Part shown: positions 1 through 11,242 of the stretch, piece after piece
Position numbering within the stretch: the stretch's first letter is position 1
Layout: the number at the start of each line of letters is the position of its first letter
Assembly: GCA_038727515.1 (NCBI GenBank)
Contig: JAVYVS010000001.1
Span: 614,961 to 678,960 of the forward strand
Direction of reading: 5' to 3'
Origin: Candidatus Methanomethylicia archaeon
GTDB lineage: Archaea > Thermoproteota > Methanomethylicia > Culexarchaeales > Culexarchaeaceae
DNA: 64,000 nucleotides
The notes under the pieces: model-generated
What the model saw: only the letters and a program-made list of their open reading frames with translations
Told to the model about the DNA's origin: nothing
Databases searched by the model: none
Translations under genes and position numbers: made by a program

Positions 1-226
1 GATGCGATGTCACTCTAGATATACCTTCTATCAAGAATGTAAATGATGCATGTTCAATTGGGCTTAAATGACCCATTTCGATACACTGTCTTATAAGCCT
101 CTTAACATCATCATCACTTAACTCCATAATTAACTTATCAGCACCCACAATGCTTCTACACTGTCTAATAGCAGCTGCAACAACCCTTTCAGGATTTGGA
201 GTATAAGAGAGCAATACAACCCTCAT
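1..226 (-). CDS. thyX: FAD-dependent thymidylate synthase ThyX (N-terminal part; runs off the window edge; not in ORF track)
   Basis: Manual translation from ATG at 226: MRVVLLSYTPNPERVVAAAIRQC...EMGHLSPIEHASFTFLIEGISRVTSH, matching the ThyX GHxSxxEH...SR..SH(QxxRHR) signature; GGTG upstream. Confidence 0.93.
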   Translation of the reverse strand, partial: MRVVLLSYTPNPERVVAAAIRQCRSIVGADKLIMELSDDDVKRLIRQCIEMGHLSPIEHASFTFLIEGISRVTSH

Positions 227-307
227 AACAAGCACCAAAACACAAACTTATTATATAGTATTTGGAATCAAAATATAAAAGCAATATCTATTGGAAGAGT
301 GGTTTAA

Positions 308-1588
308 ATGAGTTTAATGAAAAGGGCAAAAATAGGGTTAAAAGATGAAATAATTAAAGAAGTAGCTAGAAGAGAATTTATAAGTGAAGAAAAGTTGATT
401 AAATATATTTCTGAGGGAAAGGTAATAATACCAAAAAATGAAGTTAGAAGAGATATTAGAATTGTTGGAATAGGGGAAAACTTAACAACTAAAGTTAATG
501 TAAACATCGGTACATCAAATCTACATGTAGATCCAGAAATGGAGATTAGAAAAGCAAGGATAGCTGTAAAATTTGGTACAGATACAATAATGGATCTAAG
601 TACTGGAGGAGATTTAGATGATATTAGAAGGAGACTTATAAAGGAAGCACCTATACCATTTGGAACAGTACCAATATATCAAGCTTTCATAGAAGCAACT
701 ATTAAGAAGGGTGCAGGAATACATATGACCGAAGATGACATATTCAATGTAATAGAAAGACAATTGAAGGATGGAGTAGACTTCATGACTATACATGCCG
801 GTATAACTATGGAGATAGTAGATAAAGCTATGAGAACAAATAGGATAGCTGGAATTGTAAGTAGAGGTGGAGCGATGCTTGCAGCATGGATTATAGAAAA
901 TAAAGCTGAAAATCCATTATATAAAAACTTTGAATACCTACTTGAACTATTCTCAAAATATGATGCAGTAATAAGCTTGGGAGATGCATTAAGACCTGGA
1001 TCAATAATAGATGCACATGACTATCTACAAATGGCAGAAATGCTAACAGTATCGAAACTTGTTGAAGAATCATGGAGGAAAAACGTACAAGTAATGGTTG
1101 AGGGACCTGGACACCTACCATTAAATCAAATTGAAGCAAATATACGATTAGAAAAACAATTGTGTAAAGGCGCACCATACTATGTACTTGGACCTTTAAC
1201 AACGGATATTGGAGCTGGATATGACCATATAGTTTCAGCTATAGGTGCAGCTATAGCAGCTGCGAGTGGAGCAGATATAATATGTTATTTAACACCATCA
1301 GAACATCTTGGATTACCAAATGAAGAAGATGTAAAAGAGGGGTTGATAGCTGCAAAACTTGCAGCACATTCTGGAGACATAGTTAAACTTGGAGAAAGAG
1401 CTTTAAAAATAGATTTAGAAATGTCTATAGCAAGAGCAAATTTAGATTGGGAGAAAATGTATAAATTATCTCTAGATCCAGAAAGAGCAAGGGGGATTCA
1501 TGAAAGATATGGATTAAAGAGCAAGGTATGCACTATGTGTGGAGAATATTGTGTATATAAAATATTGAAAACAAAAAAGTTAGGTTAA
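308..1588 (+). CDS. thiC: Phosphomethylpyrimidine synthase ThiC
   Basis: [52 protein letters not shown] and C-terminal CTMCGEYC. Confidence 0.98.
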   Translation: MSLMKRAKIGLKDEIIKEVARREFISEEKLIKYISEGKVIIPKNEVRRDIRIVGIGENLTTKVNVNIGTSNLHVDPEMEIRKARIAVKFGTDTIMDLSTGGDLDDIRRRLIKEAPIPFGTVPIYQAFIEATIKKGAGIHMTEDDIFNVIERQLKDGVDFMTIHAGITMEIVDKAMRTNRIAGIVSRGGAMLAAWIIENKAENPLYKNFEYLLELFSKYDAVISLGDALRPGSIIDAHDYLQMAEMLTVSKLVEESWRKNVQVMVEGPGHLPLNQIEANIRLEKQLCKGAPYYVLGPLTTDIGAGYDHIVSAIGAAIAAASGADIICYLTPSEHLGLPNEEDVKEGLIAAKLAAHSGDIVKLGERALKIDLEMSIARANLDWEKMYKLSLDPERARGIHERYGLKSKVCTMCGEYCVYKILKTKKLG

Positions 1589-1590
1589 AT

Positions 1591-2259
1591 CTAATCCAAA
1601 TAAACTTCAACTTCTACTTCGCTTCCATCCATAAGATTTAAAGCATTTCTAATCTTTATTGGAGCTAGAATTTCAATTACATCATCACCATAATGAGTTC
1701 TTTCAACCAAAATTAATGCACAATCAATACTATTAATTTTAGCCTTAAAACATTTAGCACCACCATAACTCCTATAACCATTGGAAAAACCAGTAATAAC
1801 TATACCACATAAAGTTTTTAAAATCCTTTTAACTTCAATATCGGAGGGGCCCTTCAATCTTAAATTTAAAGTTCCAGGATATGGATCAAAACCAAGTTTC
1901 TCAATGAATTGCTTCCTATAATAGGGTATGCTTGTGTAAAATGCACCTTCACCTAAACCACTAAAAACAACACCCTTAATTTTAAATTTCCTCGGAAATT
2001 CTCCAAATATCTTACCTAAATTAACATATAATTCCCTTAAAACTGAAAGCCCTTTGTCTGTAACTTTAACTTTTTGACCTTTACCATGAACGATCCGATG
2101 AATAAATCCAAGTTTTTCAAGTTCAATAAGCCATCTTGAAACACTTTGCTGAGATACCCCTAAATAATCTTTAATAACTACAGTTTTAACATCTATAAAA
2201 TCATTTACAGAACCCATAATTGCTAGTTGATAAAGTAGTATTAGTAATCTACCCTTCAT
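1591..2259 (-). CDS. ribK: CTP-dependent riboflavin kinase with N-terminal wHTH (RbkR-type)
   Basis: SQQSVSRWL HTH; SGLGEG, PYPGTLN, ERTHY and EILAP motifs; ATG at 2259 chosen (ORF track starts 2268). Confidence 0.95.
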   Translation of the reverse strand: MKGRLLILLYQLAIMGSVNDFIDVKTVVIKDYLGVSQQSVSRWLIELEKLGFIHRIVHGKGQKVKVTDKGLSVLRELYVNLGKIFGEFPRKFKIKGVVFSGLGEGAFYTSIPYYRKQFIEKLGFDPYPGTLNLRLKGPSDIEVKRILKTLCGIVITGFSNGYRSYGGAKCFKAKINSIDCALILVERTHYGDDVIEILAPIKIRNALNLMDGSEVEVEVYLD

Positions 2260-2313
2260 AAACACCAAATAAAATATGAAAAAGAGAAAATAAAAGTATA
2301 GGTTTCTTATCGA

Positions 2314-4785
2314 TCAATGTAGAATGGCATTGAATAGAAATTTAAATGTTGCTGGAGTTTGACATCTACTATAAACTGGAAATCCAAATAAAACGATCTT
2401 TCCATAACCCTTAGGAATACAAGCTACGGCAGCAGCATCATAAAGATATTTTTCACCTAAAATCCAACCACTTAAAAGTGGATTCGTACTCGGATATTTA
2501 GCTACCACATACTCTTCTGGACATTTAAAAGCTGGACTATTTATAAACATGATTGCCGAATCAATATCCATACCAAAACCTATTGGATGCTTATTATTCA
2601 CTATGACCCTCAAAATGGACCCTGGAATATAAAATTCCGTTGGTTTTAGATTCTCAAGTACATTTACAACTGGAATCCACATACGTTTAATGGGAAGCTC
2701 ACAGCTCTCATCAATTGTTATAAGTTTACCACCATTCAAAACAAATTCATTTAAATTTTCAACACCCACATCACCAATACCACCAGCATATTCTGGAGGA
2801 ACCTCTTCAACACTCCTACCATTAACAATATTATTGAGATTTTGACCAGCAATTATTATAACATCAAATCTAGAATTTAAATTGCCATTTCTAATTTCAT
2901 TATTCCCAATACTCATATATGGTATATTAAACATTTCGAATAGAAACCTAGCCCAACCTTCATCAGCATTTGGAATCCAATTCCTATATAAACCGATTCT
3001 AGGAATTTTGAGACTTATCATATTTACATTTGTTAAATTATCACAAGCATATAGTACCACTGGAAGACCTTTTAGGAAGCTGGGAAGTTTCTCCTTCAAT
3101 TTATCATCATTTTCAAATACAAAAGCTCCTGGTGGAAGTTTAACATTAGAAATACTAATTTCATTGGGAATTCTATAAACTTTAAAATTGTTTAATAGAA
3201 GATTAATGGCAAGTTTATATGAAGCATTAGACTCTGGTGAAGCCAGTAGATATTTTGCATTTCTATCGCCAATTATAATTCCATCTGGATATTTAATCTC
3301 CTTTAACTCAACGCTTTTAACATTAAATTTACCATTAACTGTATAAACTTTAACATTCATCATTAATGGAAGTGTCCAAGCAGTTAAATCATATGGTCTT
3401 TTAGGCGGTTGTTCTGGGGATTCTCTTAAATCTGGGTATACTTGTACTTCCAGTAATGTTTTTGCATATCTACCATAAGGTTGAGCAAAATATATTATGA
3501 AGGATCCCTTTGGAAATTCTATTCCATCAGCAATGAAAGATTCTTCAGCCACGTTGATTTTAACCAATCCACGATGTAAAATATCTAAAAGCCAGTACAA
3601 ATTATATAAATCCTTTTGATTTGGAGGGATTATAAAGGCGAATGGCCCCCCTTCAGGTTTTAAAGCACGTTTAAATATTTCTATGGTATTTGCAATCCAA
3701 AATCTCCTATACTTAGCAGCATTTCTAAGACATGCAATAACAGCGGCAAGTTCATAATCAATAATGTCTCTTAACCTCCAAATACCACCACGCCATGGAT
3801 ATGGATTATTCCATCTTTGTTTAGATGGATCTAAACCAATAACAGGTCTTAAATCTTGAGGCTTTATTTCAATGGGAGTAGCAATTTTAACGCTTGCAGC
3901 TTCAGAAAGTATTCTTATACCACCATGATAATGCTGATAAGCTCTAGCAGGCGTCCAAGCATCGTATATAGCATAGCAAGCTACACCCTTAAATCCTCTA
4001 CCAATAAGTTCATTAGCCATTGAAGAACCCATAAATACTATTTCTTGTTGAAGTATGGGATCTACATTAGGATCTATTGGGTCAAGATATGGTGGAAGCC
4101 AAAGTCTAGGTCCATATGGACCCATCTGATGTAAATCATATACTATTTGTGGATGCCAACGATTATGAACTTTTTCAACGACAAGTCTAGTTTCAATTAG
4201 ATTCAACATAAACCAATCTCTATTATTATCATGACCAGCATATTTATGGTAAAGCCATGGTGGAGCTGAACCTTCATATTTAGTACCTAAAGTCTTATTA
4301 TACCAATTTACAACCATTACATGACCATCTGGATTAAGTGATGGAATTAAGAGTAATATTACATTATCGAGGATTTCTTTAAATTCATCAGAATCTTCTG
4401 TTGCAAGTTTATAGAGAAGTTCTATACTCATCTGTGATGCAGCAATCTCGGTGGAATGAATACTACAAGTAACAAGTACAATTGTTTTACCTTCATCTAT
4501 AAGTTTTGAAATTTCATTTTCACTAAGACCTTCAGGATTATGAAGCTTTTCCTGTATACTCCTATAATAATCCAATTTCTTCAAATTTTCAGATGAAGAA
4601 ATTATAGCTAGAATCATATCATTGCCTTCAGTGGTTTTACCCAAGAATTCCACTATAACTCTATCTGAGCGTTCTCCAACAATTTTAAAATACTCTAAAA
4701 TTTGATTCCAGTTGGCAAGTTTCCTATCTTCTCCAACTTTAAAACCAAGAAATTCTTCAGGGGATGGAATACCCTTTAAACCCAT
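2314..4785 (-). CDS. Large M14 zinc carboxypeptidase family protein
   Basis: SIHSTE (HxxE), NPDG, HDNNRD, DLHQMG; C-terminal DEGW.R..FE region; true start probably ATG at 4785 (MGLKGIPSPEEFLG) because the ORF-track extension runs into the tRNA. Confidence 0.9.
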   Translation of the reverse strand: MGLKGIPSPEEFLGFKVGEDRKLANWNQILEYFKIVGERSDRVIVEFLGKTTEGNDMILAIISSSENLKKLDYYRSIQEKLHNPEGLSENEISKLIDEGKTIVLVTCSIHSTEIAASQMSIELLYKLATEDSDEFKEILDNVILLLIPSLNPDGHVMVVNWYNKTLGTKYEGSAPPWLYHKYAGHDNNRDWFMLNLIETRLVVEKVHNRWHPQIVYDLHQMGPYGPRLWLPPYLDPIDPNVDPILQQEIVFMGSSMANELIGRGFKGVACYAIYDAWTPARAYQHYHGGIRILSEAASVKIATPIEIKPQDLRPVIGLDPSKQRWNNPYPWRGGIWRLRDIIDYELAAVIACLRNAAKYRRFWIANTIEIFKRALKPEGGPFAFIIPPNQKDLYNLYWLLDILHRGLVKINVAEESFIADGIEFPKGSFIIYFAQPYGRYAKTLLEVQVYPDLRESPEQPPKRPYDLTAWTLPLMMNVKVYTVNGKFNVKSVELKEIKYPDGIIIGDRNAKYLLASPESNASYKLAINLLLNNFKVYRIPNEISISNVKLPPGAFVFENDDKLKEKLPSFLKGLPVVLYACDNLTNVNMISLKIPRIGLYRNWIPNADEGWARFLFEMFNIPYMSIGNNEIRNGNLNSRFDVIIIAGQNLNNIVNGRSVEEVPPEYAGGIGDVGVENLNEFVLNGGKLITIDESCELPIKRMWIPVVNVLENLKPTEFYIPGSILRVIVNNKHPIGFGMDIDSAIMFINSPAFKCPEEYVVAKYPSTNPLLSGWILGEKYLYDAAAVACIPKGYGKIVLFGFPVYSRCQTPATFKFLFNAILH

Positions 4786-4821
4786 GAAATTAACTATGTA
4801 TAGAACATTGTTTAAATTTAT

Positions 4822-4897
4822 TGGTAGCCGGGGGGAGATTCGAACTCCCGTCGACGGGGCCAAAGCCCGCCATGCTTGGCCGCTACACCACCCGGCT
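4822..4897 (-). tRNA. tRNA-Gln (anticodon TTG), intronless, encoded CCA
   Basis: Reverse complement AGCCGGG TG GTGTAGCGGCCAAGCAT G GCGGG CTTTGGC CCCGT CGAC GGGAG TTCGAAT CTCCC CCCGGCT A CCA; full cloverleaf; A1-U72 pair typical of archaeal tRNA-Gln. Confidence 0.98.
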
Positions 4898-5022
4898 TTT
4901 CATAGACTAAATATTTTTAATATAAACCCAATAATAAATTTTCACTTTCATCCATTAATATTTAATGGGGGTAATCAACATATATAAATAATTAAGGATT
5001 CAATTGAATGTTTTAATATAAA

Positions 5023-5038
5023 GCGAAATGTTTATATA
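5023..5038 (+). promoter_or_regulatory. Putative BRE/TATA promoter of tfb
   Basis: GCGAAATG followed by TTTATATA (5031-5038), about 80 nt upstream of the tfb ATG. Confidence 0.5.
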
Positions 5039-5115
5039 TGAGATTTAAAAACTCATATTTCTGACTCATGGATTGTGATTACATGTGTAATTTAATTTTA
5101 AATGGTGATGATAAG

Positions 5116-6069
<954 letters not shown>

Positions 6070-7261
6070 CTTTCTTCATCTTACTAACAGCAATTCTAGT
6101 TGTAACCTTCAAATCTTTAACATCCATCTTCCTAACTTCTAAGAGACCTTTATTTATACATTCTTCAAAAAGCTTCTCACCAAAATCGCTTCTAATTATA
6201 ACAGTAGTCCAACCCTTAGGGGAATCTAAACCACCTAAAGATATATCTGCTAATCTAGCTGTGAAATCGCTACAATAATCACAAGATTTACGTCCATAAT
6301 CTTCTATCTCTTTTAAACTAATGGATAATAGGATTTCATCTCCAGATTTAACTGTAAGATTCCCCTCAGAAATATCAGTTTTAGTTATCTTATCTAAATT
6401 AATCCCCTTACTAACAAGGAAGTTTTTAAATAATGATGAGTAATAGAATGTTTTTGAACAGAATAATCCTAACGCAAATTTAACTGGTAAACCATATTTT
6501 AAAGCTCCATATTCATGGTATTGCATCTTCCTTAAACCAGTAATTTGACATCCTACACCGACAAATCCTACACTTTTAGTTTCAAATTCATCTATAGCGG
6601 CAGTTAAAGCTTTCAGATTTGGGCTTGCAGTATACTTAGATCCAGCGCATTCCAATACATCCCTCCTATTAAATGCGACTTTCGGTTTAGGTTTAAATGG
6701 TTCTAAAGAATCTAAACCAGATAAAATAGCGCAATCAATAATTCCAGACTCCAATGCATATATAATTATGGTGGATGCTACACCACCATCTTGAGCATAC
6801 TTCAAAATCTCATTGTCAGTAGATCTAGCTGCATAAACACTCTTCAAATAACCTAGAGATTCATGTTTAAAACTAGATGTAAAAATCTTTGAAGAAACAC
6901 TTTGAACATCAAATGTTGTGTGTGGACATTGAGCATAACAAAAACCACAACCAATACATCTACCAACAATACTAGGTTTTTCATCTTTTTCATCAATAGC
7001 TTTAACGGGACATACACCAATACATGCACCACAAAAAGAACATCTATCAGCTCTAATAACTTCACTAAATAAATGACCCCATATCTTAACTTTAAGTCCC
7101 AGAGACCCATCAGGCTTTATCCTAACGCCCAAAATCATCCACCACAAAAATAAGATATCATAAAAACAATTAATAAGGGTTATCATAGATTCAATGGAAA
7201 AATAAATATATTAGATTTGAGAGACTTTCACGTTATCTAGATAGTTAAAAGTGGATGTAAA

Positions 7262-9040
7262 ATGATAGAAGACTTCCAAGTGAAAGTTGCAAAATACGTA
7301 ATGGAATGGGGAGAATGGATAGAGAAATGTGAATTGCTATTACTACTTGATACTGAAAAAGATAAAATTAAGATTTATATGGATAAATTGTTAAGCCTTC
7401 AAAATGATGATGGAGGATTTCCACGTAATTGGATTAAAGGATACTCCTCAGGAATAATCGAAACTGCAAAAGTTATAGAATTGGCTTCTAAAATAGGTTT
7501 AAAAAATGATGAAAGAATAGAAAGAGCAATAAAATTCTTAATTAAAAATCAGCTTGAGAATGGAGCGTGGATGGAAGAATCATTAGAATATGAAGATAAT
7601 TCAAATGATGTAATAGTTTCAGCATATGCATTAAAAGCTATAGCGACAGCTGGTATTAAGGGGGAAGTTGTAGATAAATGTGTAAGATACTTATTGGAAA
7701 GTCAAAGAGATGATGGATTATGGCCAAAAACAAAGGCAGGAATAAATCCAGATTTGGAAGCTTCTGGAAGAGTTTTAATAGCATTGCATGAAACAAAAAA
7801 TAAGATTGCTACAAAAGCCATTAAAAATGGATTTGAAAGTTTAATGGAAGTATTTATTGAAAAATCAACGAAAGAATGGGATACACTCTCAGAAGATATA
7901 CTACCAATAATTGAAGCAATATCAATTATACAACCAAAGAAAAATACAGCTGCCAGGAAAATAATAGATAGCTATATAAAAGGTGAAAAATGGGAATTTC
8001 AAGATAGAAGAAGTGAAAATACAAACAACCTATTAAACTTAATTAGGGTAATGGCTTTAACAAACATCATAAATAAAGATAAAGTTAAAGAGGAAATAAA
8101 CAAATTATTGGAATTAAAATTAAATCTCAAGAGGATTATAGAGAAATTTGAAAATGAAGCCAAAGAGATATTACTATCAAAATTTGAAAATATAGGGATT
8201 AAGAGGAATGATCCTCAGAAGAAGATATTGCTTGGATTATTCATATACTCACTATTAGAACAATTTTTCTGGGCTGCAGAATATGAACCGCAAACAGAAT
8301 TTATTGGTGTAATAGATAGAGTTGGAACACTAGATAAAATTGAGAACTACACAGACTATGAAAAGATTAGAAAAGCATTATTTAGGAGTAAAGCTCTTAC
8401 TGGAGTTGCAAAAAAGAAGAAGGAGGATGCTGCAAAAAGTATAACGTTATTTGCTAGATTCCTAATACAAAATAATGAAATAAATGTATTTGAAGAATTC
8501 GTCAAAAAACTAATTGAATTTACATTATTTGAAATAGCGCCAACACTTTCAGGGGCAACAACAGCAAGAAAGCTTGGTCTACTACTAAGAAACTACACTA
8601 AAAATGAAATTGAAATGTACAAATTATTTGAATCATTAAAATTATCACTGGAATGCTTCCCATCAATAGGATCTAAGATATCAACATTATATCCATACTA
8701 CACTATATGGATATATAACATATGGAATGAAGTGAGAAAATACATAGAAACTCCAATAGACTGGAATACAGTAAAAACATATATAAGTATAGGCTTAAGC
8801 AATTTAACATTAAAAGATCTTAGGAAGGATCCGAGAAGAGCATCTAAAGCAATAAATAAGCTATCTGAAGAACTATTTCCAGAGGATAAAGCAAAAATAT
8901 CATTACTGTGGATAGCTGGAAGAGAATGGTGTACAAAACCATATAAATGCTATGGGCATATGGGCAGAAAATGCTGGTTCTATGATATTTGTATGAGGAG
9001 GATGAAAGATGAAGAAAGAAGAAAAAAGAATATGGGATAA
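7262..9040 (+). CDS. Fusion: prenyltransferase/squalene-cyclase-like alpha-alpha repeat domain plus HhH-GPD (endonuclease III-like) Fe-S domain
   Basis: QW-type repeats LQNDDGGF, NQLENGAW, SQRDDGLW; C-terminal FPSIGSKIS (HhH), TPIDWNT, LFPED, LWIAGREWC-x5-C-x7-C-x5-C. Confidence 0.75.
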   Translation: MIEDFQVKVAKYVMEWGEWIEKCELLLLLDTEKDKIKIYMDKLLSLQNDDGGFPRNWIKGYSSGIIETAKVIELASKIGLKNDERIERAIKFLIKNQLENGAWMEESLEYEDNSNDVIVSAYALKAIATAGIKGEVVDKCVRYLLESQRDDGLWPKTKAGINPDLEASGRVLIALHETKNKIATKAIKNGFESLMEVFIEKSTKEWDTLSEDILPIIEAISIIQPKKNTAARKIIDSYIKGEKWEFQDRRSENTNNLLNLIRVMALTNIINKDKVKEEINKLLELKLNLKRIIEKFENEAKEILLSKFENIGIKRNDPQKKILLGLFIYSLLEQFFWAAEYEPQTEFIGVIDRVGTLDKIENYTDYEKIRKALFRSKALTGVAKKKKEDAAKSITLFARFLIQNNEINVFEEFVKKLIEFTLFEIAPTLSGATTARKLGLLLRNYTKNEIEMYKLFESLKLSLECFPSIGSKISTLYPYYTIWIYNIWNEVRKYIETPIDWNTVKTYISIGLSNLTLKDLRKDPRRASKAINKLSEELFPEDKAKISLLWIAGREWCTKPYKCYGHMGRKCWFYDICMRRMKDEERRKKNMG

Positions 9041-9959
9041 GTATCTAACAAAATTTTCTGCAAAAATCGAGGGGGGACTCTTAAAAGATCTAAGAAATGA
9101 AATGGATAAGAGAAGTGAAATTGTAAAAACACATTACAAAAGATTGCTAGATAATTTGAACATTACAACAGAAGATACTAGGAATATGCTTATGGATATA
9201 TTCGTTTACTCAGTATTTGATAAATATAATTGGAAACTAAGAAGTAAAGGTGAAACTCCATCAAAAGAATATAAGAGATTCAAAAGTGTAGTAACGAAAT
9301 TTGATTATTATCTTGATGAAGATCTATTATACTATGCCATAAAAGATGAATGCAATGAACTTAGCAATATAAATAAAACTGATGTAGAAAGAATAATAAA
9401 ATCAATGTCATACCTAGCTCAAGGATTAGCTAACATAGAAAACTTCGAATTTATAAATTTTGCAGAATCTCTAAGGAGACATATAATGTTCAATGTTTCA
9501 AAGGATCTACCAGAAAAAATATACAAAATAAAATCTTACTATTATGGTTTGCTTACCATGACTAAGATCAAAGACAATTTAACAGCTATAGATTCATTGA
9601 AAACATCAATATTATGTCTCCCCATAGGAGAGCAACAAATAACAAACATGTACCTATACCTACTATTAATAGTTTTGAATGTATGGAATGTAAGTGGAAA
9701 AACATATGTATACTCACCATTAGACAATGGAGTCTCAGAAGTCCTATTAAGCCTTGGATTAACAGATAAAAGAATAGAAGACATGGAATATGAAAATACG
9801 GGATACAAAGCATACAAAATAATAAGTGAAATGTTATTTCCAGAGGAACCATCAAAAATGATGGTTACTAGGGCCGTAGCAGAAAGATGGTGTTACCAAA
9901 AGAAGATTAAAATATGTGATGAATGTTGGTTTAACAATGTATGCCCAAAGGAATATTAA
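9009..9959 (+). CDS. HhH-GPD/Fe-S-like protein, tandem paralogue of the C-terminal half of 7262-9040
   Basis: Collinear similarity (FVYSVFDKYNW, SLKTSILCLP, LNVWN, SPLD, LFPEE) and C-x7-C-x2-C-x5-C. Confidence 0.7.
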   Translation: MKKEEKRIWDKYLTKFSAKIEGGLLKDLRNEMDKRSEIVKTHYKRLLDNLNITTEDTRNMLMDIFVYSVFDKYNWKLRSKGETPSKEYKRFKSVVTKFDYYLDEDLLYYAIKDECNELSNINKTDVERIIKSMSYLAQGLANIENFEFINFAESLRRHIMFNVSKDLPEKIYKIKSYYYGLLTMTKIKDNLTAIDSLKTSILCLPIGEQQITNMYLYLLLIVLNVWNVSGKTYVYSPLDNGVSEVLLSLGLTDKRIEDMEYENTGYKAYKIISEMLFPEEPSKMMVTRAVAERWCYQKKIKICDECWFNNVCPKEY

Positions 9960-11216
9960 TTACTCACCAAACTTCTTAGCTTTAGATGAGTAACTTAAAA
10001 GTATTGGAAGTAAATCTAAACCTCTAATACGTCCAAGTCCACCCTTTAAACAATCTCTTTCACTAAACTTATTAACATCATCATTAACAATATATGGGCC
10101 ATAAATAAGTACTGGAACTGGATCTCCGGAATGATCCCTAATAATTATTGGAGAACAGTGATCAGCTGTAATTGATAAATAGACTTCATACTTGTTTAAC
10201 CCTTCAATAATCCTTCCAACCATTTCATCCACAGCTTCAATAAATCTAATTTTCTCTTTAATCAATCCATCATGACTAGCAGTATCAGCACCTTTAACAT
10301 GCAAAAATATGAAATCATATTTCTCGGCAGCTTTAACAGCTGCTTCAGCCTTCGCCATCAAATTACTATTTAAACCGCCAGTAGCACCTTCAACATTTAG
10401 AACATCTAAACCAACAGCTTTTGCAACACCTTTAATCAATGGAACTCCTGCAATACATACACCCTTAATACCATAACGTTCTTCAAATTTCTTAATATTT
10501 GGAAGAGTACCAGCACCTCTACAAAGAATTATATTTGCAGGTTTATGACCTCTGGAAATCCTAGATAAATTAGCTGGGTGAGAAGATAGTACTTTAAAAC
10601 TTTTAATGGTAAATTCATTTAGTATATTGGCTGTCCTTATAGCTTCAGGTGTATTAGATAAAGGTTTTGAAGTAAGGATTTTAACATTCTCCTTTTCAGG
10701 ATCAGTATCACTAACATCTTTTGAAAGCCCAGATCCCCTTAAAACTAAAACACCCCTATGCTCTATACCGTGTTTAAATATTATTGAAACATTTGGAGAA
10801 GATTCAATTTTAATATCATTAATAGCTTCAGCAAGTAAATCTCCTTCAACAAGATATCTACCAGCCCTTCTATCTAAAACTATTAAATCATCATTTACTG
10901 TAGCAAAATTAGCTCTAAAAGCTATATCTCCAGGAAATAAATCTAAACCTAAACCAAGAGCTTCAAAAGCCCCTCTACCAGTATAACATTCATATGGGTC
11001 ATAACCAAGCAAAGCAAGATTTGCAGGCGCACTACCGGGAGGGATACCTACTCCAATAACATCTATAATACCAGTCAGTCCATTTCTAGTCAATTCATCA
11101 ATTGTGGGTTTATTTGCAACTTCAAGAGGAGTCTTATAGTTAAGTTCTGGTATTGCTCTATCACCCATACCATCAACAACAATTAATATTATGCGTTTTT
11201 CAACCATAGAGATCAT
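9960..11216 (-). CDS. apgM: 2,3-bisphosphoglycerate-independent phosphoglycerate mutase
   Basis: DGMGD, KTPLEVA, PGS, LLGYDP, GRGAFEALG, DRRAGR, HVKGADTASHDG, TADH. Confidence 0.95.
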   Translation of the reverse strand: MISMVEKRIILIVVDGMGDRAIPELNYKTPLEVANKPTIDELTRNGLTGIIDVIGVGIPPGSAPANLALLGYDPYECYTGRGAFEALGLGLDLFPGDIAFRANFATVNDDLIVLDRRAGRYLVEGDLLAEAINDIKIESSPNVSIIFKHGIEHRGVLVLRGSGLSKDVSDTDPEKENVKILTSKPLSNTPEAIRTANILNEFTIKSFKVLSSHPANLSRISRGHKPANIILCRGAGTLPNIKKFEERYGIKGVCIAGVPLIKGVAKAVGLDVLNVEGATGGLNSNLMAKAEAAVKAAEKYDFIFLHVKGADTASHDGLIKEKIRFIEAVDEMVGRIIEGLNKYEVYLSITADHCSPIIIRDHSGDPVPVLIYGPYIVNDDVNKFSERDCLKGGLGRIRGLDLLPILLSYSSKAKKFGE

Positions 11217-11242
11217 TTAAATATCTATTGAATAAATTGAAT

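Noticed and set aside
227-307. TPP riboswitch upstream of thiC (also checked upstream of thiD)
   Set aside because: The intergenic regions are short and AT-rich with no conserved riboswitch core
4822-4850. tRNA 3' end as an integration (att) site
   Set aside because: No duplicate of the tRNA 3' sequence and no integrase was seen in the window
4786-4987. N-terminal extension of the 849-aa ORF and the plus-strand ORF 4712-4987
   Set aside because: Both overlap the tRNA-Gln gene; they are reading-frame artefacts
7262-8100. Functional squalene-hopene cyclase
   Set aside because: Only a partial repeat domain, no DxDD protonation motif and no second barrel
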